The notes beneath the pieces are model-generated. The model was not told the origin of the DNA, ran no database searches, and was given only the letters and a program-made list of their open reading frames with translations. DNA of 64,000 bases from a virus, in IMG/VR virus record IMGVR_UViG_3300002307_002134, positions 1 through 64,000 of that record; one strand, 5' to 3'. The position numbers and the translations under genes are program-made. Every line of letters begins with the position of its first letter. The first letter of the stretch is position 1. This document shows positions 37,552-47,928 of this stretch, in pieces.

Positions 37552-39441
37552 ATGTCACATTTATTAACATCTGGACAAGTGGGTAATATCGGATTGAACC
37601 ACATGAAGGCTATCCGTAAAGAAACCCAAGCAAAATGGAATAGCTTAGGCTTCCTTGATGGTCTTGAAGGCCACGTAAGAGAAAACGTTGCTCAATTGTA
37701 TGAGAACCAAGCTTCTTCATTACTTACTGAGTCTACAAATGCAACATCATCTGGTTCTTTTGAAACAGTTGTATTCCCAATTGTAAGACGTGTATTCTCT
37801 AAATTATTAGCTAACGATGTTGTGTCTGTACAAGCTATGACCATGCCAATCGGTAAATTGTTCTACTTTGTACCACAAACTTCTAGCCGTATTGACGGTA
37901 ATGGTGTTGCTGGTAATGACTATGCTAACGAAAATTACAATAGCACAAATAGTCCATATTCAGCTCACACAGGTCTTAACGGTGAACACAATGGTAAACC
38001 TAGTGCTGTTGCATTGCCAGTTGCTGTAAGTGGTGTTAATGGCACTATTCTTACTCAATTTTCGGCTAAAAACTTGTACGATATATTCTACAATGATGGT
38101 TTATTTGATAACTCAAAAGGTACTCTTACAATTGTAGGTATGACAGGTTCTTCTAACTACCTTGGTTATACATTTAACGGTAGTGGTACATTAACACAAG
38201 GTGCTGCTGGTGATACTGTTCCTACAGCTACTGATGGCAGTGTAAGAGGTGTTATTATCGGTGTAACTGGATTTAGAGGTGGTGCTGGTTCTAGCGGACG
38301 TGAAGTATTAACTGGTCCAGACGGTAACAACATGGATACTGAATCATTCTTGGCTTCATTACACGTTGTAAACGGTGCTAGTGCAATCCTTGATAGTGAT
38401 GGTAATACTATTATCGCTGCTAACAAAGAAATTCCTTTCCGTATCGTAACTCAACAATATGGTAAAGGTATCGTTCAAAACTCAACCAACAACTTGGTTA
38501 CTGATAAAGGTCTTATGTTTATTGAGCTTGACCTTCGTCACCCAGTTGGTACTTCTAATGGTACTGCTGTAGTTGGTACATCAACTTATGATGGTTATGT
38601 AGGTGCTGCATCTACAGGTTCAACTGGTTATTTCAGTGGTTACACTGGCTTAACAATTGCTTGGGCTGAATACTCTTCATTGGAACTTGAAACTGAATTG
38701 GGTGAAGTATCTTTCAACCTTGCTGAAGTTGTAGTTTCTGTAGAAGAAAGAAAATTACGTGCAACATGGTCACCAGAATTGGCTCAAGACGTTAGTGCAT
38801 TCCACAACATTGATGCTGAAGCTGAATTGACAGCTATGTTGTCAGAACAAGTTGCTGCGGAAATTGACCGTGAAATCCTTAGAGATTTGCGTAAAGCTGC
38901 TGCATGGCAATTACGTTGGGACTACAACGGTTGGAGAAAAGCTTCTTCTGCTGCTAGCCCATACACTCAAAAAGACTGGAACCAAACTCTTATCACTAGA
39001 GTTAACCAATTGAATGCTCAAATCCACAAATCAACTCTTCGTGGTGGTGCTAACTTCATCGTGGTTTCTTCTGAAATCAGTGCAATCTTCGATGATTTGG
39101 AATATTTCCACGTATCAGATGCTAACCCAGAGCAAGACCAATACAACATGGGTATTGAAAGAATCGGTACATTAAGCGGTAGATATCAAGTATATCGTGA
39201 CCCTTATGCTCCAGCTTACTCAGTAATCGTTGGTCACAAAGGTAAATCATTATTGGATACAGGTTACATTTACGCACCATACGTGCCATTGCAATTGACT
39301 CCAACAATGTACAATCCTTTCAACTTTGCTCCAGTTAAAGGTATCATGACTCGTTACGCTAAGAAGCTCGTAAATAATAGGTTCTATGGACATGTTAGAG
39401 TAGATGGTGTGCCAACGTTCAACGTAGCAGAATTGAGATAA
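37552..39441 (+). CDS. major capsid protein (T4 gp23-like)
   Basis: VSVQAM..P.G..F, RKLRATWSPELAQD, DAEAEL...EIDREI, GYIYAPYVPL, GIMTRYA. Confidence 0.96.
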   Translation: MSHLLTSGQVGNIGLNHMKAIRKETQAKWNSLGFLDGLEGHVRENVAQLYENQASSLLTESTNATSSGSFETVVFPIVRRVFSKLLANDVVSVQAMTMPIGKLFYFVPQTSSRIDGNGVAGNDYANENYNSTNSPYSAHTGLNGEHNGKPSAVALPVAVSGVNGTILTQFSAKNLYDIFYNDGLFDNSKGTLTIVGMTGSSNYLGYTFNGSGTLTQGAAGDTVPTATDGSVRGVIIGVTGFRGGAGSSGREVLTGPDGNNMDTESFLASLHVVNGASAILDSDGNTIIAANKEIPFRIVTQQYGKGIVQNSTNNLVTDKGLMFIELDLRHPVGTSNGTAVVGTSTYDGYVGAASTGSTGYFSGYTGLTIAWAEYSSLELETELGEVSFNLAEVVVSVEERKLRATWSPELAQDVSAFHNIDAEAELTAMLSEQVAAEIDREILRDLRKAAAWQLRWDYNGWRKASSAASPYTQKDWNQTLITRVNQLNAQIHKSTLRGGANFIVVSSEISAIFDDLEYFHVSDANPEQDQYNMGIERIGTLSGRYQVYRDPYAPAYSVIVGHKGKSLLDTGYIYAPYVPLQLTPTMYNPFNFAPVKGIMTRYAKKLVNNRFYGHVRVDGVPTFNVAELR

Positions 39442-39462
39442 TCTAATTAACTCTATAAACTT

Positions 39463-39493
39463 AAAAAGGCTAGAATTTATTCTAGCCTTTTTT
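39463..39493 (+). terminator. rho-independent terminator after MCP
   Basis: aaaaaggctagaat-tt-attctagccttttttt. Confidence 0.85.
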
Positions 39494-39516
39494 TGTTTTA
39501 TGCGTATATTATAACC

Positions 39517-40494
39517 ATGAATATTTTAGTAACAGGTGGTCTTGGTTATATTGGTAGCCATACCGTAGTAAAACTTATTGAAGAGGGTCATAATCCGATT
39601 ATTGTTGACAACCTATCAAACTCATCAATTGATGTTCTTGATAAGATTAAAACCCTAACAGGTAAAGAAGTGGTTTATCATTTTATTGATTTGAGCGTTT
39701 TTTCTATTGAAGACGTTCTTGCTGATATTGACTGTATTATACACTTTGCAGCATATAAATCAGTTTCTGAATCAGTAAAAGAACCAATAAAGTATTTTGA
39801 TAACAACATCACTAGTACGATTAAACTTTTACAAGCTGCACAGAATATGGGTATTAAGAAATTTATTTTTTCATCATCATGTACTGTATATGGTGAACCA
39901 GATATTTATCCAGTAAATGAAAACACACCAATAAAACCAGCTAAAAGCCCATATGGGCTCACAAAACAGATTTGTGAAGAAATACTACAAGAAGTAAGTA
40001 AAACTGGTTTAAATGTAGTTATATTGCGTTATTTTAATCCTATTGGAGCTCATCCATCTGGAATTATATTTGAAAAACCCAATGGAGTTCCAGAAAATCT
40101 TATGCCGTATATTACAGGAGTTATAGAAGGTAAATACCCTAACTTAAAAGTTTTTGGGAATGATTACAACACTCATGATGGCACTGCAATTAGAGATTAT
40201 ATTGATGTAAATGATTTGGCAGACGCACATGTGAAGGCAATAAAAGTAACTGAAAAAGAAACATATTCAGTTATCAATATAGGTTCTGGAAATGGTTATA
40301 GTGTTATGGACGTGTTGGAAGCTTTTAAAAGAAATGGTTTTGAGATTCCATATGAAATTTGTCCACGTAGAGATGGAGATATTGAAAAAATATTTTCTGA
40401 TAATTCAAAAGCAAAATCTATTATGAATTGGGAACCCAAAAAAACAATTGATGATAGTGTAAAATATATTATAAAAACGTTACATCAATCTTGA
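39517..40494 (+). CDS. galE: UDP-glucose 4-epimerase
   Basis: TGGLGYIGSHT, HFAAYKSVSES, YGLTK, LRYFNPIGAH, DGTAIRDYI. Confidence 0.92.
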   Translation: MNILVTGGLGYIGSHTVVKLIEEGHNPIIVDNLSNSSIDVLDKIKTLTGKEVVYHFIDLSVFSIEDVLADIDCIIHFAAYKSVSESVKEPIKYFDNNITSTIKLLQAAQNMGIKKFIFSSSCTVYGEPDIYPVNENTPIKPAKSPYGLTKQICEEILQEVSKTGLNVVILRYFNPIGAHPSGIIFEKPNGVPENLMPYITGVIEGKYPNLKVFGNDYNTHDGTAIRDYIDVNDLADAHVKAIKVTEKETYSVINIGSGNGYSVMDVLEAFKRNGFEIPYEICPRRDGDIEKIFSDNSKAKSIMNWEPKKTIDDSVKYIIKTLHQS

Positions 40495-40710
40495 TAGTTC
40501 ATCAAAACCACTAAAGGGCTTTATTGTATGTAGACCAACAAACGCTGTTTTGGTTCCTCTGGCTCTAAGTGCTGGGGATAGTATTTCATCATCATTCTGG
40601 TGCTTATTTAAGTCTTCTGGGGTTACTATACCTAAGATACCAAAAGTATCGTCAGATAGCCTTAAAATGATTATTTCTGGCCTTTCTGAACGTTTAAATA
40701 TTACAGGGTA
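40480..40710 (-). pseudogene. start-less remnant of a hypothetical gene
   Basis: 77-codon open frame YPVIFKRSERPEIII...GTKTAFVGL preceded by a stop; the upstream ATG frame ends early. Confidence 0.35.
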
Positions 40711-40755
40711 TTATGTCCGTTTAAACGGCTATTAACCAAATAGTTATAGATAATT

Positions 40756-40920
40756 TTATCTATTTGTTTCATCTTCTTTTTTTAGTTTTTCAAGCTTTTC
40801 TTTGGTATCGTTTATCAGTCTTCTAGCGTGATTGCCAAACTCTGCATCATTAGGATAATTTTTAGCTAAGTTTTTTAGTTCTTTTGCCAAACCCAAGTTA
40901 AGTATTGTTTCTCTTGTCAT
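40756..40920 (-). CDS. small hypothetical protein (54 aa)
   Basis: MTRETILNLGLAKELKNLAKNYPNDAEFGNHARRLI...; TATATTTG promoter upstream; below the ORF-track cutoff. Confidence 0.6.
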   Translation of the reverse strand: MTRETILNLGLAKELKNLAKNYPNDAEFGNHARRLINDTKEKLEKLKKEDETNR

Positions 40921-41008
40921 AAAAAAATTTTTTTACAAATATACATAAAAAAAACCGAAGATGCAAGTCCTCGGTTCTTTTTATTTTTGCGTTAACTATT
41001 ATTTTTGA

Positions 41009-41881
41009 TTAGGCTTTTTTACCACAGTTGGCACAGAACTTATTAGTCTTGCCCAATTTTGAACCACAGTCGGTACAATATTTTTTTACATTAATATCAG
41101 CCACTGTGTTTATTTTTTGTGATACTGGAAGAAGTTTGTATTCTACTGTATGGAATGCGTAGTATTCAAAAGATTTGTTCACATAATCGAACTCTTGTTC
41201 TGAATGAGAACCTTTTTCAACTCTACCAGTTTCTATGCATTTTTTGAGTCTAAAGTTATTTTTTTTAATATCTTCAAATGATTTTGTATTATCTAAAGTA
41301 TTAATATCAAATAAATCATTAGTAGTAGTAATAGTAGTAGTAGTTACTGAGTTATTAATTAATGAATTCATGGATAATGTTCCGTTATGACCATTACTTA
41401 AATATTTAGGGTCAGTACCTGTAGTGTATGGACCACGAATATTTGTATTGCTAAAATATATAGCAGGTCTATAAGTCCAATCTGGTCTTATGGTAATTGG
41501 GGTGTAGTATTGTTGACGTTCTTTATAAAATTCAACTTTGATGTCACCATTGTTTTCAATGGCTTTTTTAACCTCAGCGGTTTTGGCCACTTCATAGGTA
41601 TCAAATAAGAATTTTTTAGCAACGTCCAAGTGGCGGTCAAGGAATACACGTTGGCCTGGGTTTAACACCAAACCACCTTGGGAAATAACTTTTCCATTCA
41701 AGTGAATTTTTGCTAGTACTACTTCTGATGTTGGGTTGAATAGTTCAATTGAAAATTCCTGTCCCTTTTGAAGGTAATAGGTTGGCATATCGCCAGCCTT
41801 GGTGTAGAGCTTAATACGGCTCTTGTTTACAGCAATGTGAGCTGTAGGCACCGTGTTCGGTGCGTAGATTGTTTGTTTCAT
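41009..41881 (-). CDS. hypothetical protein with C-terminal double zinc ribbon
   Basis: CTDCG...FCANCG at the C-terminus. Confidence 0.75.
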   Translation of the reverse strand: MKQTIYAPNTVPTAHIAVNKSRIKLYTKAGDMPTYYLQKGQEFSIELFNPTSEVVLAKIHLNGKVISQGGLVLNPGQRVFLDRHLDVAKKFLFDTYEVAKTAEVKKAIENNGDIKVEFYKERQQYYTPITIRPDWTYRPAIYFSNTNIRGPYTTGTDPKYLSNGHNGTLSMNSLINNSVTTTTITTTNDLFDINTLDNTKSFEDIKKNNFRLKKCIETGRVEKGSHSEQEFDYVNKSFEYYAFHTVEYKLLPVSQKINTVADINVKKYCTDCGSKLGKTNKFCANCGKKA

Positions 41882-42010
41882 TGTTTAACTTTTTACACTT
41901 ATGTTATTTGTACCAATACCTTTGTTACCGAAGCAACTCTGAACCTTATAAGGGGTCGGGACTGATACGTTAGTTAACGCTTTACCAATATAATACAATA
42001 TTTTGGTTTG

Positions 42011-42259
42011 TCAAGTGGTTTTATTACTTTTGTTTAAATTACCAAAATAAGATACATCATTGACCATTCTTGTTGTTGCCCATAGTGGTTGTGAATTACT
42101 TAAAGAATTGACTACATTCATTGGTGTGTCTTTATGAAATTTAGACACTGGTGTTTTGTGGTCAATATGCCATTCACCATAATTATCCCAAGTAATACCA
42201 TCAGTAAATAAAGCTTCAAGGTGTTGTTTAAGGTCTACCGCTGAATAACCTAATAAATA
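42011..42259 (-). pseudogene. truncated HNH homing endonuclease remnant
   Basis: LGYSAVDLKQHLE...WDNYGEWHIDHKTP...NSQPLW...NLNKSNK with no start codon. Confidence 0.75.
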
Positions 42260-42269
42260 TTATCGTTAT

Positions 42270-43676
42270 TTATAGGCCGCTTCTTAATTCGACCTGATTT
42301 ACAACATCAAATGAAATTATGTTTCTTAATGTAGTAACTTCGAGATTAGAAATAGCTTTAATATCAAGCTTATATGTATTGGGTATAAGACTAGCTGTAT
42401 CTAATAAGAAGTAATAATAGTTGTTGGCCATTTCTACTGGTTGGTAATCGATTACAGTAAGTTCACGAACACCTTCAGATACATATAATCTATATTTTAT
42501 TTCATCGATAGCTTGTGTTTGTTCAACAGTGTAAGGTATTCTAGCTGAAACAATAACTTTACGTATATCACCACGTTTGATTCTTTCTTTGTTTTGTAAT
42601 CCACCAATAGATACAGCAACTTTTTTAGGTAGCATATCATTGTTACCAATATTATAAAAACCAAATGAATCTTTAACTACAAAATCAAGGCTAATATTGG
42701 CTCTAGAAACCCCGTTTACTGTTATACCAGTCCACACATCATTATACATTGTTTCAACATTGGATGCGGTTGTTGGGACGTTGATATCAATTGAATAAAC
42801 TCCTAATGTTACATGGTTTACATCTGAAGGTGTATAGGCTGATAATAAAGTACCTATATTATCATAAACATTTACACTTGGAATATTATCCAAATTGGTT
42901 GGATTACCAGCTAAATTTACGTAAAGATATAATTTGTTTGGTTTATCCAAGAAAAAATTATTTCTATCATCAGTTATGTGTTTATCGTAAATTGTTTCAA
43001 CGTAAGGTTCATAAAATGTTTGTGTATTGTTTGTAAAGAACCCAACATATTGTAATGTTGTTGTATTCATTACTTCAAAAGGTCTAGTATAAGCAATACC
43101 TAAACCATAATTTGTATCTCCAGTCAATAAACCATTAACATAATCTGTAATGTCCATTTCTATATTTTCATTACCTTTATCAAAATGTTGTGTGGTTACT
43201 GTAATACCAGAAGGACTACCAGAATAAACACCAGTGCCATTACTCCAAGCAACACCTGTTTGGGCTTCAACCCAATTAGAAGCACCATTTGAAAAAGCAC
43301 CTTCACCTAAAATCAAAATTGGTATTTCATAGTCATATCCGACACCATTATCCCATGGTTGATTTATTTTAAATGCTATTAAATCAAATGAACTGGCTCT
43401 GTCTTTACCACCCATTGTACCGTTTAAATATGCTGTATCAAACGAAGCTGTATTGGTTAATCTAAGCGTATGTTTTAGTTTTGTTATATCAGTAAAAGTA
43501 CCACCAGTATATAAATTTTTTATTCTTGTTTCATCAAAATGAAATAAAAATCTACTATATTTTTGTTCACCAATAGCACCACCATAAAATAATTCAGCGA
43601 CTGGGTTTAAACCAGTGTTTACGTCTAGGTTGCTAACAATAGTGTTGTTTTTATCAAAAAATGTACGAATTACCAT
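42270..43676 (-). CDS. probable virion structural protein
   Basis: 468-aa beta-rich protein downstream of the baseplate hub gene. Confidence 0.65.
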   Translation of the reverse strand: MVIRTFFDKNNTIVSNLDVNTGLNPVAELFYGGAIGEQKYSRFLFHFDETRIKNLYTGGTFTDITKLKHTLRLTNTASFDTAYLNGTMGGKDRASSFDLIAFKINQPWDNGVGYDYEIPILILGEGAFSNGASNWVEAQTGVAWSNGTGVYSGSPSGITVTTQHFDKGNENIEMDITDYVNGLLTGDTNYGLGIAYTRPFEVMNTTTLQYVGFFTNNTQTFYEPYVETIYDKHITDDRNNFFLDKPNKLYLYVNLAGNPTNLDNIPSVNVYDNIGTLLSAYTPSDVNHVTLGVYSIDINVPTTASNVETMYNDVWTGITVNGVSRANISLDFVVKDSFGFYNIGNNDMLPKKVAVSIGGLQNKERIKRGDIRKVIVSARIPYTVEQTQAIDEIKYRLYVSEGVRELTVIDYQPVEMANNYYYFLLDTASLIPNTYKLDIKAISNLEVTTLRNIISFDVVNQVELRSGL

Positions 43677-43707
43677 GTTTTTTTTATTAATAAATATATG
43701 AAAACCC

Positions 43708-44709
43708 TTAATTAATACGAATGTTTTTAGATAACATGGATTTTTCTAAATCATCAGCTTTTGCCTTGAACGCCGCTATTGATTGTTTATTTCCATCTGT
43801 AACTAAATCAGTTGCTGGATTTCCACTTCCATTATGAACATGGTTAAACAAGGCTTCTTTCATAAGAATCAGATATTGTAATAAAACATCACCAAATGGC
43901 AACTGATGAGCTTGGTCTAGTATATTTGCTAATTCATCATCACTAATTAAATTATCTTGATTGGTCACATCAAATCTTGGGCTTCCATCAGCATGTGTAA
44001 TAAGATTTATTTTACTGCCAACAATGTTTGTAACTGAACCTCTTTGTTCATCTTGGTTATTTGATTTAGGTACAACAATTACATCATTTTTTATTTGAAT
44101 ATATCCTTGAGTTTTTGCATTAAATTTAAAAGGGTAAGGGTTATTATCATTAGGTAATGATGTTTCAAATTTACCAGCCCTAATAACAACCTCATTATTT
44201 TTTTGAGTTATATCAGTATTATACCTACCTTGAATTGATATTTCATCACTTTTAGGGAATACACCATTTAATTCCGCAATTTGGCTTGGATTTATATTAG
44301 GTTCTGCTGGGGCAAAACTAAATCCAGCCAAAGCTGAAAATAAAAATGGGTCGTTGTTTAATAATGGTAATTGAGAAATTATTGGACCAATGTATAATCT
44401 ATCAACATTTTGTTGATATTTACTAAAAGTAAATATAAGTACTACTTCACCTAGTTTAGGTGTTATTGATAAATGTTTTGGTAGCATTGGAAAACACCAA
44501 GGTAAATTATCATCTGTTGTATCACCATCACCGCCTTGAGATATTGGACCTTTAATATATACTTTTATTCTGCCCAAACCTTTATTAACAGTAGGACCTC
44601 CATCATCTTCAATAACTTTAACAACACCATATCGTATGTTAGGTGTTATATCTATATGGTCATATAGATTGGTTTCATTTCTAAGTATTTTTGAAGTACT
44701 ATTATCCAT
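43708..44709 (-). CDS. baseplate hub/spike protein (gp5-like OB-fold)
   Basis: GRIKV...LPWCFP...PKLGEVVLI OB-fold; HVH spike-tip motif. Confidence 0.7.
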   Translation of the reverse strand: MDNSTSKILRNETNLYDHIDITPNIRYGVVKVIEDDGGPTVNKGLGRIKVYIKGPISQGGDGDTTDDNLPWCFPMLPKHLSITPKLGEVVLIFTFSKYQQNVDRLYIGPIISQLPLLNNDPFLFSALAGFSFAPAEPNINPSQIAELNGVFPKSDEISIQGRYNTDITQKNNEVVIRAGKFETSLPNDNNPYPFKFNAKTQGYIQIKNDVIVVPKSNNQDEQRGSVTNIVGSKINLITHADGSPRFDVTNQDNLISDDELANILDQAHQLPFGDVLLQYLILMKEALFNHVHNGSGNPATDLVTDGNKQSIAAFKAKADDLEKSMLSKNIRIN

Positions 44710-44710
44710 A

Positions 44711-44887
44711 TTATTCGCCTTTCAATCTTTTTAAGATTATTTTATTAGCTCTTTCAAATTTTTTTTCAATTTCTTCCATTTTATCATAATCTTTAAGCAT
44801 TTTTAATTTCAATGCTTCATAATCGGCTTCCATTTGTTTAATTTCAAAAAGTATTTCGTTGTTTGATTTGTTTTCTAAGTCATCCAT
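44711..44887 (-). CDS. small coiled-coil protein (58 aa)
   Basis: MDDLENKSNNEILFEIKQMEADYEALK...; fills the gap in the operon; not in the ORF track. Confidence 0.65.
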   Translation of the reverse strand: MDDLENKSNNEILFEIKQMEADYEALKLKMLKDYDKMEEIEKKFERANKIILKRLKGE

Positions 44888-44900
44888 AATTATTATTTTA

Positions 44901-45335
44901 TTATCTTATTATACCGTCTCCAATACCCATAGCTGTTGTGGCACCTTGTGAAACCACAGGTGCACCTAAATTACCGACACCTACTGTTAATACTGATACG
45001 CCTGGTGGGATAACAACATCAACTTTAGCTTCATTTAATAAAGCATCAATGATTGCTTGAGCCCTTATGACTTCCATTGCTTCTTCAACATTAGGGCCGT
45101 CAGCAAATACATCACCCACAACTCTACCAGTATTGGATTGTTTGCTTATAATTTCAGATGCAATGCTTTCTGCCGAAAGTCCAGGACGTAATTTAGCTCC
45201 AACCATAATAAGTGGTGGTGGCAAAGGTTCAACTGGTGTTTGTGGTATTGAAAACGCACTTAATATTATATTTAACACTCCATTTATTGATGAAGTATTA
45301 AATCCAGAAGTTGGTATTGGTTTTGTGTCTGCCAT
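44901..45335 (-). CDS. hypothetical structural-module protein
   Basis: 144-aa ORF in the operon. Confidence 0.7.
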   Translation of the reverse strand: MADTKPIPTSGFNTSSINGVLNIILSAFSIPQTPVEPLPPPLIMVGAKLRPGLSAESIASEIISKQSNTGRVVGDVFADGPNVEEAMEVIRAQAIIDALLNEAKVDVVIPPGVSVLTVGVGNLGAPVVSQGATTAMGIGDGIIR

Positions 45336-46756
45336 TATAATAAATTATCTAATATTTTTTTTATTGTATCTGTTGGTATTCCGATAAGACTTTGTAATTG
45401 AGCCAATCTATTAACAGCTTTTTCTTTTTGTCTTTTAACAATTTTAGCCGCTACTAAAGATGATATTTCTCTTAAAGCTATAGCCAATAGAATTTTTATC
45501 AATTCTTCAGCTATAACTTTCATAATATTATTCATTAAGTTTTTATTCTTTTTGATAAAATCTATAGCATCAGTAAATGTAGCTGTTGGACCATAAACTA
45601 TTTTGTAGTTGATAACAAATGAAAAAATAACTTTTGGTGATAAAAATATATTGACAATTGCTTTAATCATACTACTAATAATCTGTTGTATGAAATTAAG
45701 TTTAACTGTTGGTACATCAATTTTACTTGGTACATTTAAAGCACTAACATTGGCCATTTTATTTAAGTGGTTAGTCAATGCATCTTTCTTTTGAAGAGTT
45801 GTTGATGCATTTGCCATATCAATATTAAAATTGGTTAAGTTACTGATAGGTACACTAGAACTAACTTTATTTGATGTATCAACACTGATGGACCCTTTCT
45901 TTCTGTTTATAGCTTCTAACTGATGAGCGTAAGTTTCTTCTTTTGAAAAATTAAAAGCAGAATCATTTATAGGATTTTTATTAACGTTGTTAACCATTTT
46001 GTCAACAATAGTATTAATCTTAGCTTCGTTTTCTAATTGTTTTAATGACTTTCCAATTGTAGAAGAAATTGAACCATAAATAACATCCATTATCTTATTG
46101 ACGATGTTTTCAGTACTAAGCAATGTTAGGCTATCTACAAAGTCATTGTTAAGGTTAGTAAGTGTTTTGGAGTTATAAGCTGGGTTGGCTTTGATGGTCA
46201 ACGTGTTGTTCGGGTTACCACCTGTACCTAATGAATTAAATGTGATGTCAAATATATTACGCCATGTATGCGTATTACCATCGTCTTGTATTACAGCGTA
46301 TAAAAATGTATTGAAATCAGAACTATTAATCAACGGTGTTGTTACATCATTATAAAGTAATTTACCACCTACAGAATTTGGGTCAGTTCTTAATATATCT
46401 ATAAAATCTATTTTATGTACTTCAATTACTATTCCGTTACCAGTTGATTGCATCCATGACGGCAAGTGTGGGTCAACACCACAACTTACAATAGTTTTAA
46501 GCTCCAACTTTAAAGCTTTTTTTATTCCATGTTCTATTTTAGGTATTGAATTGGTTAGAGTATCTACAACAACACTAACAAAAACTTCATAACCTACCAA
46601 AGATTTAATTAAATCAGTAAGAAAAGAGATAGAATCACCATTATTATTGATGGATGGAAATGAAGAACTAAGTTTTAACTTAGGTAATCCTTGTGTTAAA
46701 GTTTTAGCAGCTGCAATTTTTCCAAAAACTTGTTTTTTCTTATCAATTAATGACAT
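45335..46756 (-). CDS. hypothetical structural-module protein
   Basis: 473-aa ORF in the operon. Confidence 0.7.
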   Translation of the reverse strand: MSLIDKKKQVFGKIAAAKTLTQGLPKLKLSSSFPSINNNGDSISFLTDLIKSLVGYEVFVSVVVDTLTNSIPKIEHGIKKALKLELKTIVSCGVDPHLPSWMQSTGNGIVIEVHKIDFIDILRTDPNSVGGKLLYNDVTTPLINSSDFNTFLYAVIQDDGNTHTWRNIFDITFNSLGTGGNPNNTLTIKANPAYNSKTLTNLNNDFVDSLTLLSTENIVNKIMDVIYGSISSTIGKSLKQLENEAKINTIVDKMVNNVNKNPINDSAFNFSKEETYAHQLEAINRKKGSISVDTSNKVSSSVPISNLTNFNIDMANASTTLQKKDALTNHLNKMANVSALNVPSKIDVPTVKLNFIQQIISSMIKAIVNIFLSPKVIFSFVINYKIVYGPTATFTDAIDFIKKNKNLMNNIMKVIAEELIKILLAIALREISSLVAAKIVKRQKEKAVNRLAQLQSLIGIPTDTIKKILDNLL

Positions 46757-46758
46757 AA

Positions 46759-47151
46759 TTATTCAATTTCTGTTTCGTTATCGGTATCAGAATTGGAATT
46801 TTTAAGCATTTCTCTAATTGATTTGAAATCACTTAGTGATGCGGCTCCATTACTTCTTTCTGAAATAGTTGAATCAACATCACCACGATTTTTAATAATA
46901 TCACTTTGGAGTTTAGCCAACTCTAATTTTACTCTAATAGCGGAATCTTTAACCTTTAAAAGACCAGCCTTTTCTTTGGCAATCTTGGTCAAATCATCAA
47001 CATCAGTTGGATTGGCACTTGAGGACAACTCATTTATGGTTTTTTGAGCATCATTAATTTGTAAACAAGCATCATTATAAGTTTCTTGCATAAGACCTTC
47101 TAATGATTCGGTATCGTTTACTTTTACATCTTGTCGTTTTTTTCTTGGCAT
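46759..47151 (-). CDS. hypothetical coiled-coil protein
   Basis: 130 aa; TATTTATA motif upstream. Confidence 0.7.
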   Translation of the reverse strand: MPRKKRQDVKVNDTESLEGLMQETYNDACLQINDAQKTINELSSSANPTDVDDLTKIAKEKAGLLKVKDSAIRVKLELAKLQSDIIKNRGDVDSTISERSNGAASLSDFKSIREMLKNSNSDTDNETEIE

Positions 47152-47202
47152 AGCTATTTGTTTTACTATAAATACCTTGAAAACTGGTTTTATTGCAATT
47201 GT

Positions 47203-47928
47203 CTATAAACCATGATTTTTTAATAAATCATAAAGTTCTTTGTATCTTTTCATGGCTAATCTAATATCTTTAGTGGATAAATTGGTATAATTTCTCATGG
47301 TTTCCAAAACAGAATTTTTATTGTATTTGGCACCACCATTCATTGATTCAAAAGCAGTTTCCCAATTTTCAAGTATTTCTATAAGGGCATAACCTACTTT
47401 TTTTTCATTATCACTTAGTTTCTTTTTTGGTATTTTATTTTGGTCATTCAACTCTTCTTTTATACCGTCCGTAATTTTTTTAATAAAATCATCCATTGAA
47501 AAAACATCATCGTCCATAACATAAGACATATCACTTCTTTCTTCTAAATCATCGGATATATCTTCATAAGAAGCTGTTTGCTTCGTGTACTTTTCATCTT
47601 TAATAAGTAATCCTAAAATATAGTTTTTACTTATTGTGCCAAAGTAAGAATAAGCTTTTTTACCTCTCCCCCTTTCGAACTTATGTACTTTTGTCATTAA
47701 GAAAGAAACTGTGTCACTATGAAGTTCATCAAAAGTTTCACCTTTTCTATATAATTTGTACCTTCTAATTATCGATTCAATCATCTTATCAAGCGGTGCT
47801 TTTAACCACTCGTTAAAAATTTGATTCCTTTCTGTTTCGTCTGTTGATTCTAAAAATTTAATAACGGCTTCTTCTTCATTTGGACCAAAATACATCTCAT
47901 TTGTTCTTTTGCGTCCCCTTTTAACCAT
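47203..47928 (-). CDS. phage sigma factor (T4 gp55-like late sigma)
   Basis: Sigma region-2-like segment DELHSDTVSFLMTKVHKFERGRGKKAYSYFGTISKNY. Confidence 0.7.
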   Translation of the reverse strand: MVKRGRKRTNEMYFGPNEEEAVIKFLESTDETERNQIFNEWLKAPLDKMIESIIRRYKLYRKGETFDELHSDTVSFLMTKVHKFERGRGKKAYSYFGTISKNYILGLLIKDEKYTKQTASYEDISDDLEERSDMSYVMDDDVFSMDDFIKKITDGIKEELNDQNKIPKKKLSDNEKKVGYALIEILENWETAFESMNGGAKYNKNSVLETMRNYTNLSTKDIRLAMKRYKELYDLLKNHGL

